Assembly: GCF_006345805.1 (NCBI RefSeq)
Contig: NC_042997.1
Coordinates: 196,602,001-196,666,000 of the forward strand
DNA from: Octopus sinensis
Lineage: Eukaryota
DNA length: 64,000 bases
Reading direction: 5' to 3'
In this document: positions 25,267-38,000 of the stretch, one piece after another
Layout of the letters: each line of letters opens with the position of its first letter
Position numbering within the stretch: the stretch's first letter is position 1
Notes under the pieces: generated by a model
Databases searched by the model: none
Told to the model about the DNA's origin: nothing
The model's input: only the letters and a program-made list of their open reading frames with translations
Made by a program: the position numbers and the translations under genes

Positions 25267-26077
25267 GTTTGTAGTAGTTACAGTAGTAGCAGCGGTAGCA
25301 GTAGTTTTAGTTCTAGCGGCAAGAGCAACAGTATTTGTTCATAGAAATCAAAATAGTTTATTAGTTGTATTAGCTGGTTTAACAATGCTAATAATGGCGA
25401 TACTGATCGTGATGACGGTGGTGGTGAAGGGGAAGAGCGGGTGTAGTGGTATGTAACGAAACTAGTTTTGTTCAGCATTAACTTAGTTTCCTGACCAGTA
25501 GAAATGCTGCTAAATGCTACACAAAAGAAGTGTTGAGACAGTCAGAATTCACATAATTGCATATTGAATTTTCAATTTAAGACATTGCTTGTATTCTCAA
25601 TTACTCCGACACTAATCAATTCTTGTAGACCGGTAGACGACTGTTAGAAACACGAACGGTGACGGAAATTGATCGCCAAGTCATTTCCGGTGGCACGTGA
25701 TCCGACATGTTGCACATAGAATGGACAACGTTTTTAACTACAGGCAATCAGCCAATCGTAGTATATCGTACATTGTTACTGGTTTCAAAGGCTGGGTGGT
25801 ATGTAAATCATAACCCCTGCAACCTACCCACTCAAACCAACACCTATTTTTCTAGTTCATTCGTTGAGAGAAGACATTTATATATCTGATCTAATGCGCT
25901 GCTTTCCTTAAGCTGCCTTCGTCTATTGACACTGCATAAGTTTGAGATTAACAGCATTTGGTTATTTGCTCAGTATTAACCGGGAAAGCACACGGAGTGT
26001 GTTTACATATATGCACCTGCACACGCATACACACACACATACGCAGATATACAGTGAGTTTGTGTTTGTGTTTGTGT

Positions 26078-26246
26078 TATATATATATATATATATATAT
26101 ATGTAGGCATAGAGAGAGAGAGAGGGAGAGAGAGAGTGGGGGGAGATATTCAATCCCCACGTTTTATGCGTATATACATCCATATATATATATATATATA
26201 TATAATGTGTGTGTGTGTGTACATATATTTATATGTATATATGTAC

Positions 26247-26286
<40 letters not shown>

Positions 26287-26530
26287 GTATATATATATAT
26301 GTACATATGTATATATATATATATATACATATGTATATATGTACATATGTATATATGTATATATATATATATATATATGTACATATGTAATATATATATG
26401 TACATGTGTATATATATATATATATGTACATATATATATATATATACGTACATATATACACACACATATATATATATAAACACATACATCTACATATATT
26501 ACATATATATACATATTTATATGTGTACCC

Positions 26531-26590
<60 letters not shown>

Positions 26591-26614
26591 AATATATATA
26601 TATATACATATGTA

Positions 26615-26645
<31 letters not shown>

Positions 26646-26740
26646 ATTTCTGCTGATGTAGATAATTTTGTTAAATCTAATTTATCATATAACCATATCC
26701 AAATACAAATTTCAAAAGCACCCTGTGGTTAGTTGCATCC

Positions 26741-26820
<80 letters not shown>
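26078..26820. repeat. Long compound (TA)/(TACA)/(CT) microsatellite
   Basis: Direct reading. Confidence 0.95.
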
Positions 26821-26823
<3 letters not shown>

Positions 26824-27248
26824 CTGCTTTTTCCTCTGTAATGTCAATCGCGTTGACTGCGTTTAGGAACAAGAAAACAAAAACAAATCCGGTATATTTT
26901 CTTATAATAATCCGTAATGATTAATTTGTTTCATTGGCACAACGCCAATAACCTTGGGATAAAAATCAAATAAAAGCATGAATTATTTTCTAATTTCCCT
27001 ATTACAGTCAAAATTAATGTGAGCATTGGTTTATATATAAACCCTTCTCTGCTCTCTTTCCTCAGTACGTTCGTTGACGAGATTTCAATTTCCGACTGCA
27101 GAATTATCATTTCACGTAAGCCATTAAATCCCCGCTGAAAATTATAATGACAAAAACTCCATGTACATCAGAGCAGATAATTTCCTGTCATTTACAAATT
27201 TGCGGCCCTTAACATAAATAAAAAATGAAAACAAAAATAAATCTATAT

Positions 27249-27415
27249 AGGCGCAGGCGTGGGTGTGTGGTAGGGAGCTTGCGTCCCAACCACAGGGTTC
27301 CGGTTTCACTCCCACTGCGTGGCACATTTGGGCAGGTGTCTTCTAGTATAGCCTTGGGTCGACCAAAGCCTTGTGAAGGGATTTGGTAGACGGAAACTGA
27401 AAGAAGTGCGTCGTA
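27249..27415 (+). mobile_element. SINE family B 5' half
   Basis: ggcgcaggcgtgggtgtgtgg ... ggaaactgaaagaag. Confidence 0.85.
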
Positions 27416-27439
27416 TATATATAAATATATATAAATAGG

Positions 27440-28570
27440 TCACTGTGTTATCCCTGGAATAGAGCTCAGAATAGTGCTCCACCCATTTGTCTATTTGTCG
27501 GCCTTGATCAGTGATGACTTCCCCAGTGAGGGGACCGCCTTGCTCTTCGTTGGTCCCAGAGCCCTCTTTATGCCATTGTACATCCCTCTGATGTTGCCAG
27601 TTGCGGCGGTCATATGGACCGATTCACTAAGCTCTGTCGAGTACTCAATGGCGCAGCACCTGGCGGTGTGCTGGACCTTGCTCCTAACAGCCCTTAGAAC
27701 CTGCAAGTTCCTCTCAGTGGGTGACCGCTTGTATTCCGCCAGTGCGCCTCGTTTGGCCTCAATTACAGGGGTCATATAAAGCAACTTGGCCTCGAACCAG
27801 TCATGTGACTTTGAGGTGCTCTTTCCGACGACAGACAAGGCTGTGCGATGGTTTGTGTCTCGCAGAGTTTCCTATCTCTCTGTGGCAGTCTCTATGTGTT
27901 GTGTTGCATCATACTCCTCCTCAAAAGCCCCTGCAGACTGTTCTACAAGGTCGGGCTGAGACATCTTGTTGACATTGATGTGTGGGGTTTGTTTGCACGG
28001 TGGAACTTTTGTGTTGTAGCCTGATCTTGCAGCACACCAAAGTGTGGTCTGTGTCGCAGTCTGCGCTGTAGAAAGACCGCACGTGGAGAACACACCTGGT
28101 GGCGGCACGCCTGACAAGGATCAGGTCCAGTTGGTGCCAATGCTTTGTGTTGGGGGGCTTGGTTTTGAAGAATGAGTTGGTGATGCACAGACCGTGAAGA
28201 TCTCGAGCAGTCGCTGTCCGTTCCCGTTCGATTTCGCCACCCCGAATGGACCGAAGCAAGAGGGCCCTGAGTTGTTGTCAGCACCCACTCTGGCATTGAG
28301 GTCGCCCAGGAAAACAAGTTGTTCGCTAATGGGGATGCTTTTGATAGTGGATGCAAGGTTCTCGTAGAACTCGTACTTGGCATCCGGGGTGGCGGACACT
28401 GTCGGGGCATTCACACTGATGAGGGTGACAGGGCTTTCGGTAGTGTTGAGACAAAATTGAGCCGCTCGGAGCCGCCGATGCATGGTTCTACCACCCTCAG
28501 CAAGCTGTTCTTTATTGCAAAGCCTACTCCATGTCCTCTGGGCTCATCAGAGCTCTTACCTTTCCAGAGG
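27440..28570 (-). mobile_element. RTE-clade LINE: AP endonuclease and linker, frameshifted
   Basis: TLISVNAPT..ATPDAKYEFYENL, FLGDLNARVG, LCITNSFF, HWHQLDLILVRR, ADCDTDHTLV, DWFE. Confidence 0.85.
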
Positions 28571-29098
28571 TGTAGGGTGCGGCGCCAGGGATCGCTTCCG
28601 AGGGTGGGAGAGATCGTCGAGTCTCATTGCACAGCTATTGCCCGCCTCAATTTAGGCAGACCCCAGCCAGTAAGGTGTTGTCCCTCCACGACCTACATCC
28701 TCATTGGGTGCATGAGGATTAGAAGAACATCCGACAAGAAGATCGTCAACTACCGCACTAGGCAAAAACCGAAAATCTATCAAAAAGAAAGACCAACTCT
28801 AAAACTGGACGTTGGAATGTCCTGACAATGATGCCTGGCCTCTCGCAGGACCTTCAGAACATCAACCACGCTAGGAAAACAGCAGTCATGAAGGAGGAGC
28901 TCTAGAGACTGAACGTCGATATCGCTGCTCTGCAGGAAACACGGTTAGCCGATGCAGGCACAGCGAGGGAGAGGGACTACACATTCCTCTGGAAAGGGAA
29001 GAGCTGTGATGTGCCCAGAGAACATGAAGTAGGCTTTGCAATAAAGAACAGCTTGCTGAGGATGGTAAAACCAGGCATTGGCGGCTCCGAACAGCTCA
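28571..29098 (+). mobile_element. RTE-clade LINE 5' end (UTR plus start of APE), head-to-head with the minus copy
   Basis: LKLGRWNVLTM...ARKTAV...RLNVDIAALQETRL...YTFLWKGK...EVGFAIKNSL. Confidence 0.85.
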
Positions 29099-29100
29099 AC

Positions 29101-30430
29101 TTGGTTTCCGACCAGGAAGAAGCTGCCTAACTCAGCTCCTACAACACTATGACTGGGTGCTGAAACAACTGCTCAACCACTCAAATGTGGAAGTGATATA
29201 TCTCGACTTTGCAAAGGCCTTTGATAAAGTCGATCATGGAATGATATGTCACAAACTGCGTGATCTTGGCATAGTTGGAAAATTGGGAGAATGACTTCAT
29301 GACTTTCTGAAGGATAGAAGTCAGGTGGTAGTAGCCAATGGGGCCACCTCCAACAACACGCAAATAGTGAGCGGTGTTCCGCAAGGCACTGTTTTGGGAC
29401 CACAGCTGTTCATAATGGCTCTCTCAGACATGCCCTCAGCCACGCAGAGAGCCACGATCATAAGTTATGCAGATGATACAAAAGTTTCAAAGGTAATACA
29501 GAACCGTGAAGACACTATGCACCTGCAATGTGAGCTGGACGAAAGATACAAGTGGGCTGAAAAGAATAGCATGCAGTTCAATGCTGAAAAGTTTCAAGCT
29601 TTATGCTATCAGCATGCAAAACTAAATGCAATACCTAATAAATACACTGAACCTGGAGGGATTACAATCCCAGAGGCACAATCAGTGCGAGACCTGGGTA
29701 TTTACATGAGTGATGATGCAACCTTTCATGTGCATGTTTCTAAATTGACAGGATGGATTCTTAGAGCTTTTAGAACAAGAGACCAGGAAACCATGATGGT
29801 CCTCTGGAGGACACTTGTCCTAAGCCACTTTGACTATTGCTCTCAGCTATGGTCATCAACCAGTGTCAAATTAATCACAGAACTTGAGGCGATCCAACGA
29901 AGCTACACGAAGATAGCCTCTATGCAGAATATAAGCTGTTGGGAAAGACTCAAGAGATTAATACTCTATTCCTTAGAGCGTAGGCGAGAAAGATATGCCA
30001 TAATATACATCTGGAAGATCCTGGGAGGACTTGTCCCAAACTTTGGCATCGAGAGTTACACAAATATTAGAATTGGACGCAAATGCAACACGCCAAGGAG
30101 TCCAAATTTGCCATCAAGATGTAGGACAAGATACTGCGATAGCCTGGGCTTCAGAGGTCCACAGCTCTTCAATATCCTCCCGAAGGAACTGAGAGACCTG
30201 CATGGGGTGGATACGGATGTCTTTAAAATAAAGCTGGACCTCTTCCTGTTAGGTCTCCGAGATGAACCAACTTCACGGCAGGAGGTGCAGATGAAGGCAG
30301 CTGCATCAAACTTTCTCATGCCCCAAATCTCAATTGCTAAAAATCATTCGTGAAGTAAAACCATGTAGCAACACCGAATGGTGGTGCCCCAGCATGGCCA
30401 CGGCTCATGAGCTGAAACTAGATGAAAAAG
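29101..30430 (+). mobile_element. 5'-truncated CR1/L2-group LINE (RT to 3' end)
   Basis: GFRPGRSC, YLDFAKAFDKVDH, SGVPQGTVLGP, YADD, LERRRER, GPQLFN; one TGA at ~29292; 3' end ggtggtgccccagcatggcc..gagctgaaac followed by a TA tract. Confidence 0.92.
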
Positions 30431-30462
30431 GAAAAAAAAATATACATACATGTAAATATATG

Positions 30463-30505
<43 letters not shown>

Positions 30506-30633
30506 TATATATATATACATATAAATATATAAATATACACACATATACATACATATACATAATATATATATACATATATATACATATAAATATACACACA
30601 TATACATACATATAAATATATGTATATATATAG

Positions 30634-31935
30634 ATTTAAGCAAGGTGCATTCGAGGTGAATTCGTTTGAAATCTTTTAGATATCCATTTAGACGGTTTGA
30701 GATTTTTGCTCTCCGTCTCATTAGTACCCTCCTATCCCTGGGTATTAAATTTTTCTTCGTCCGTTGATTTGGTGTTCTGTTTGGGGTAAACTTACTGCAG
30801 ATATCATATGATTGCCATGAAGTTCTGTAGTTTCATGTCAATGTTTTCCACTGAGAGGAAGGTGGAACAGTTACATTTTAGGACCTCTTTCTCCAAGCCC
30901 TTCCAGTCAGCTTTGTGGAAATTCAGGCTGGAGATGAGATGAGTGTTTCTAGTATTTCGTATGTCCGTGGTCTTTTGCGGTCCATACATCACTAGCTCTA
31001 TTAAATTATGATCCGAAAACAGCGTCGGTGTCACTTTCACGTCATGTATGAGTGCCGAGCTGTTTATGAAACATATGTCCAAGATATTCTTTCCCTTTGT
31101 GGGGTGATGCACCATCTGCTCCATAAAGAGTGCGTCAGTGAAGTCAAGCAAAGACTCTGCATGCTTCCGATTTTGAAGTGACATACATGAAAGCGGACAA
31201 CCCTCTCTCCATTTTACATGAGGGAGATTGAAATCCCCTAAGAGAAGTATGTGCAGATCGTTGTCGAGATTCGTCAAAACATCTCTCATTTTTTGGAGGC
31301 ACTCTTCAAATGAGTTCGCATGATCTGGAGCATCTGGTGAGCGATATGTGGTACATATTACCAGCCTCATCTGTTTAATGTGTACTACCAGAGTATCATA
31401 TACAGTGTTGGGGTGCGACAAGAGTACCATGGGCGTGACATCATCTCGGATGTACATTTCCACTCCTCCATGAGACCTTTCCCGTCTGTCGGTTCGTAGC
31501 ACAACATATCCTGGTATGTGTACCTCGGCGTCTGATACATCCACATTTAGGTGTGTTTCTGTAAGTGACACGCATATTGCTTGATTACATGTCACAAGGT
31601 CTCTCAGGTATTGCGTTTTTCGTTGGTGGAGTGTCATAAGGTCCCTGATGTTCAGAAAAAATATTGGCGTGTGTAGCAGGGCGTCGGTTGTGTCCATGGG
31701 TCCGAAATGCGTGGAAGTGCCAGGGGTGGCCACCCCGGTTCCTTTGTTATTTGATGTGGACGCGGGTATTGGTATGTGCCTTGCATGTCGGGTGTCTGGG
31801 GAAGCCAGGTCAGCTGTTCTACAATTTTCTGCGCAACTTCCAAAAAAGCCCGCTGTTTTAATTATAATTTATTCCTTGATAGAATACTGCAGTTTTCTGC
31901 GGTACTGCTCGTAACATGTACGTGGGTACAAGGGA
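30634..31935 (-). mobile_element. CR1/L2-group LINE 5' part: end of ORF1, AP endonuclease ORF (30804-31733) and linker
   Basis: LTETHL, RTDR..HGGV, YRSPD, LGDFNLP, NILDICF, SDHN. Confidence 0.9.
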
Positions 31936-32058
31936 TGAATAGTGTATTCGCATTTGGCTGTGTAAATTTTGGAAGTGTTTGTTGGATATCTGTTGCACGA
32001 TGTCACTCGATCGTGTGCATATTTAACCCTAGCACTTTCAAATTTTATAAATGGAAAT

Positions 32059-32119
32059 GCTACGCTGAAGAGAGAAGTAATTAATTAAAAACACTTTAAT
32101 CTCGAAACGCGTATGTAGT
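32059..32119 (+). ncRNA. Canonical minimal type I hammerhead ribozyme
   Basis: GCUACG-CUGAAGA-GAGA-(24 nt)-UCUC-GAAAC-GC-GUA-UGUAGU: intact core, 6-bp stem I, 4-bp stem II, palindromic ACGCGU stem III; predicted cut after 32113. Confidence 0.8.
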
Positions 32120-32382
32120 TAATCCTGGTCGTGTTGATTCATTCTTTTTCTCTTTGCCTACGTAAAATAGTGTGAGATTCTAATAGTACTAGAAAAGGAA
32201 TTTTAAACTCTTATTTCTAAATTCGGTATGTGGTAAATAATTAGCTGACCCCTAATTATAATTATGTTTATAATTATAGAATATTTGTATAATTTGACAT
32301 ACAAAGATTATTTTAATGTACCGAGCTACTTGGTAAACATATTAATTAATTGACTGATTAATTATTTAGTTTAAATAATTTG

Positions 32383-32422
<40 letters not shown>

Positions 32423-32499
32423 TAAATATGTATATATTTATATGTATATATATATATATCTGTATATGTATCTCTCTCTCTCTCTTTATATATATATAT

Positions 32500-33606
32500 A
32501 TTTATACTTTATTTAAAAGCAGCAGAAATATAACAAAAGCTGTTACTCGGAGTTTCAGTTCCCGTTCGTCGGACAGTTTTTGTTAAAATAGAACAAAAAT
32601 AAGAATTTGATCAAAACTAGTTACACCTTTAAGATACACCTTTAAAAATGGATTTGTTTCATTGGTCCTTTCGAATAACAGTCTTAAGCATGCGATAAAC
32701 AAAATAAACAAAATAAATGAATTCAATATAAATTATAAGTTATAAAAAATCGAGGAAAAGTCTTAAATCGAAGAGCAGATTCAAAATACATATTGTCATT
32801 AATTATATAGAAATAATTCTATTAATACAATTAAAACATTAAAAATTAAAATATTTCTCAACCGTATATGCTCATACTAAACCATCAATATACATATATA
32901 CATCAAAATACACAGATAGATGTACACAGACCACATACATATGCAGACATATAAATACAAGACGTAAATATACGCACAAATACACTTATACATTTGTATA
33001 CGCAAACTTGCCCGCATGCAAAAATCACTTGGTGTATACATATAGACTAGAAGTAAAACGCAGAGAGGAGGAAGAAAAAGAAAAGAAAAGGTAACGATCT
33101 TATAAACAACAGATAGCGAAAGAAGTGAGTAAGAGAAGGGGAGGGGCGTAAAGTTACAGGACTCTATACAGGTAACGAATAGGGGGAGAAAAAATAACGA
33201 AAGAAAGAAAGAAGTCTGATTATGCGTAACGAACGTTCACAAAATAAAATTACGTATATATGTGTATATAAAAGCGTATATTAGCAGTAAATACCCATGT
33301 GAGAACACATATATAAATATTTAGAGATAAGTACGTAAATATACATCCACACAAATTCATGTGAATACAGGCAGACATATACATCCATGTATGTATGTGC
33401 ATATGTATAAACATACACGCTTACTTACACATATACATAGGCATGTACGTACGAATACATATGCATGCCAATACAAATATTCACATAAAAACATGTCTAG
33501 GACCTAACGTATATACAAACAACATTATTGTAATAAAATGCTTTGCACATAAAAATAAAATTTAGATAAAAGACATACAAAATAGAACACCCTATATCGA
33601 ATTATC
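32500..33606 (-). mobile_element. Probable Penelope-like element 3' UTR / terminal repeat
   Basis: Possible ORF end LDNSI* at ~33592-33609, AT-rich UTR, terminal hammerhead-like motif at 32532-32584. Confidence 0.45.
32532..32584 (-). ncRNA. Hammerhead-like motif (U4C core variant, damaged stem II)
   Basis: AACAAAAACUGU-CCGACGA-ACGGGAACU-GAAAC-UCCGA-GUA-ACAGCUUUUGUU; 12-bp stem I with one mismatch. Confidence 0.55.
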
Positions 33607-33797
33607 GAGATGCCTGACTCAGCTCTTACAACATTATGACTGGGTGTTGAGGCAGTTACTCAACAAATCAAATGTGGACATAATATACCTTGATTTTACA
33701 AAAGCTTTTGGCAAGGTGGTATATGTCATGGTATGATAGGTCACAAACTGCGTGACCTTGGCATAGCTGGAAAACATGGCATAGCTGGTTACATGAC
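33607..33797 (+). mobile_element. Short CR1-group RT fragment, inverted relative to 34738-34925
   Basis: CLTQLLQHYDWVLRQLLNKSNVDIIYLDF. Confidence 0.85.
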
Positions 33798-35049
33798 AGG
33801 AAGAGGCCCAGCTTTGATTTAAAACCCCCTACATCTACTTTGTGCAAGTTCCTCAGACTCTTTGGGAGAATATTAAAAAGATGTGGGCCCTTGAAACCCA
33901 GGCTGTTGCAGGTCTTGAAGCGTGATGGAATTGCTGGGATCTTTGGCACTATGCAGTGTCGTCCCGTTCTGGCATTAGTGTAGCTTTCAATGCCAAAATT
34001 TGGCACAATTCCTTCCTGCATCTTCCAGATATATATTACTGCATACCTCTCCCGTCCTATCTCCAGGGAGCAGAGTCTTAGCTGTTTCAACCTTTCCCAG
34101 GAGCTGGGCTGTTGCAAAGAGACGATCTTTTTTGTGAATTTTCTCTGGATTGCTTCAAGGTCTGCTATTAATTTCACACTGGTGGGTGACCATAACTGTG
34201 AGCAGTAATCCAGGCGGCTGAGGACGAATGTCCGCCAGACGACCATCATGGTTTCCTTATCTCTAATTCTGAATGTCCTTAGAATCTATCCAGCCAGTCG
34301 TCTGCACTTTGTCGCCATCCTGGTAATGTGCACTTGGAAATATGTATCATCACTCATTCCGATACACAGCTCCCTCACTGACTTAGGCTCTGGGATCGAA
34401 ATTCCCTGTAGACCGGTGTATCCTGTAAGTTTCATATTTAGTTTTGGAGGTGGTAGCGCAGGGCCTGGGTTTTCTCAGCATTAAACTGCATATTATTATC
34501 TTCCGCCCATCTGTAAATTGAGTCCAACTCCTGCTGCAGGTGTGCAACACCGCTGGGGTTCTGTATCATCTGCATAGCTTGCGTGGTTGGCTATCCGGGC
34601 ATTTGAGGCAATATCTGAAAGGGCCACTATAAAAAGCATTGGTCCCTAAGACAGTGCCCCGGGGAAAACTTCTCACTATTTGTGTGTTCATAGAGGTGGC
34701 TGCATTAGCCACTACTGCCTGACTCCTATCTTCCAGAAAGTCACGTAACCATTCTCCAAGTTTTCCAGTTATGCCAAGGTCACGCAGTTTGTGACATATC
34801 ATACCATCATTCACCTTGTCAAAAGCTTTTGCAAAATCAAGGTACATTACGTCCACATTTGATTTCTTGAATAACTGCCTCAAAACCCAGTCATAATGTT
34901 GTAAGAGCTGGGTCAGGCATCTCCTACCTGGTCTAAAACCATGCTAGGTATCGCTCAGCAAGTTATTCTTGAAGGAATGCGATTAGTTTCCCTCTGACAA
35001 TCCGTTCCATGACTTTGCTGATATTTGAAGTTAGAGAGATAGCCCTAGG
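33798..35049 (-). mobile_element. CR1/L2-group LINE, RT/3' half (continues at 38488 beyond the nested HERO-like element)
   Basis: DVMYLDFAKAFDKV, YADD, LDYCSQLWSP, GPHLFN. Confidence 0.9.
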
Positions 35050-38000
35050 AATTTCAACCGTGTTTCGTGGTCTGCTACCACAACAGCTCCTTTATAGGAT
35101 CCAGGTATCTCAAGACGTCATCAGGAGGAACCACGTCCGGTTTCGGCCCCTACTCCTCTACCCTTTTGACGTGGCGGGAGCCTCCCCTTTCGGAGGTGTC
35201 TTCAGCTCTGGTGTAGGGTGCATGTCTTCTTTCTTCTGTTCCCTGGCCTCTTCGATGTAGCGTCAACGAGTGTCAGCGGGCAACTGACTGCCTTGTCAAA
35301 TTTTTTTTCCCTTTAAATACCTGCTGCTAGGCTCTAGCAGTCAGCCCCAGTAAGTTGTCACGTGACACTGTCTCAACTTGAACTGACCAATGAAGGCGCG
35401 TAGTCTTAGCTCACGCATTCTTTAAACGAGACCGTCGCCTGTCAATCAGTGTCAGCTTGTCTCACCTAGTGCTATTATTTTCCGCCGGCATGTTATGACT
35501 TTGAAGCCAGTTTTGGTCTTCCCGCTTCAGCCATATATAGAAGCTGGCTTTTTCGACCGCCTCCTGTACTCTCCTTACTAGTTTTCTCACCTCCGAGCTA
35601 GAAAAAATAAATCTTTTGAATAGCGTTGTCATTTTTCTTTCAATGAAGCCCCTAGCCCCCACTGCCAGGTGGTAATACTCGACATTCCATCCCTGTTATC
35701 TGCACTCGTACCTCTTCTTTCGTTTCTCTCCATTGCCGATGTTCTCTTCCCATGGCACTGTCAGTTCTAGTAAAATTCCCATTCTCTGTGCTCTGTCCCA
35801 TAGGACTAAATCTTGCCTTTTTGTCGTTTTTATGAGTGGAAATATTACAAGTCTTTCCAAATCCTTGGCCAGCTCCCAGTATCCCTTCCATCTTTCGTCC
35901 ATCTCGTATACTTTACTTGTAGGCCTGGTTTTATAACCATTTCCCTCCTTGTGGAAGTATACTTTCCTGCGCTTTTCTACTTTTGGGTACTCTCCCCTAT
36001 TGTACCTCTCGATCTTCTCCTTGAGTGCTGCGCTTATGACCCCGAGGACTTGATTATGCCGCCATGTATATCTTTCTAGTGCTAGTCTGTAGTTTGATAG
36101 AACATGTGTAACCATAGCTTTCTCCCCGCATCTACATTCATCGGTTGCTTTTATGTTCCACCAGACTAAGTTCGCCGGTGAGGGTAGAACGTCGAAGGTA
36201 GACTTTATCAGGAAGGATGTTCTTGCTTGTTCCCAAGCCCAAAGTTACTCCCATGATATTCTGCAGCTGATCACATATTCCTCCCATCTCAGGTACTGTC
36301 CCTGTTGACTACATTGCACCAAATGTACATTTCGCCTTTCTTCTTCCTCCTTTTTCACTTCGTGTACCACTGCCTCTTTCATCTCTTTTATACTGCTCTT
36401 TCAAAATGGCCTGAAATTGTGCGACCCTAGACTGGCTCTTGTTTCATGCGTCGCCCCGACTATATCTGCGTGCCTTAGTTTACCGATCGCCCTGTTTACT
36501 GCCTTTTCCGCCTTCCATTTCTTCCCTGTTCGCGTCTTTGGAGGGTTTTACCGGATGCTCTGATCTTTTGAATACCTTAGAATCAATACTGTCCTTGCCT
36601 TTCCTGTCTTATATTCTTCGGCGAATGATGTTATTGGTAGTTGCAGCACGGGTTTTCCATATAGTGCAGTTGTATTCAGTGGTTTCGGCAGACCAAGCCA
36701 TTTTCTGATAAACACACTGCATCTTTACTCCATCCTTTCTACTCTACTCGAGGCTATTTCGTACATTTGCAATGGCCACATTATTCTTGGGTACAGCCTA
36801 AATTGCAGTATTCAACATTTGAATTTTTCCGGCAACGTTGTTCTGTTAGTTGCCTTTAGTCCTTGTTCTATTAACTCGTGTGTTTCTTTGCGTTCCTTCT
36901 TGTCATTTAATAAATCTCTATACCATCTGCCGAGACTCTTTACTGGTTGTTCTTTCACCGTTGGTATGTCTTCACCTCCTATCCTGAATTTCACTTCTTC
37001 TTGCACTCCTTTCACGAAAGCCACGCTTCGAGATTTTTTGGCTTTGCGCCCATCCTATCAGTTCGTCCAACCGCTCTGCTGCTTCTCTGCTTTCCGATAA
37101 TATAGTTAGGTTGTCCATAAAAGCCCTTAATGGTGTCTTTGTAATAGCTTTCTCACAGTTCGTAGATCTAAGTAACATTTCCATGACTAGCACGAATATA
37201 GATGACTGATATCGTGCATCCGGCTGCAATACCTATTTCAAGCCGTTGCCACTCCGTTGTGAACTTTCCTGCTGTGAATCTCATCCTCAGGTGGTCGTAA
37301 TAGAACATGAGCATTCGTTGAACATCTTTTGGAATTCCAAAGAAGTCCTTCGCTGTTTTTATTTGTGCGTGCGGAACAGATCCATAAGCACTGGCAAGAT
37401 CTAGCTAAACAATATACAAGTTTTTCTTCAGTTGTTTTGCACAGCTGATGGCTTCCCAGATGGCAAATGCGTGTTCTATGCACCCAGGGATTCTGGAGAT
37501 TCCTGCTGTTTGGATTGCTTCATTAACGTACCCGTTATACTATACGAATCTTATGATTCGTCTTACACTAATTCCAAACATGATTTTCCCGTCAGTATTT
37601 AATAATGAAATTGGTCTAAATTGTCCTAGTGTTTTTGCATCTTTCTCTTTAGGTAGATAGCTATCTCCAGCTATTCACCATCGCTCCGCTACATCTTTCT
37701 TCTTCCACAATTCTCTTATCAGTATAAACAGCTGCAAACGTAATTTCGGGCAATATTTTTATACCTTGTAGCTCACTCCATCGTTCCCTGCTGAACTTTT
37801 TGCTCTTGCTTTTCTTATGAACTCATCCATTTCTTTCCGTTTGATGTCACTCAAATCAAATGGTACCCTTGCTTCAGGTGGTTTCTTCAGTCCGTGCATT
37901 TCTGGGAGTACTTCATTTCTGTCAGAGTCGCTGTATGTCTCTTTCAGATGTTGTTCGAGCTCTTTCGTGCAATCCAATTTTCTGCTTTTACTTTCAGTAA

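Noticed and set aside
35050-35180. CUGAUGA and GAAAC motifs in the HERO-like 3' UTR as a hammerhead
   Set aside because: The order and stems do not close a three-way junction, and there is no NUH after stem III.
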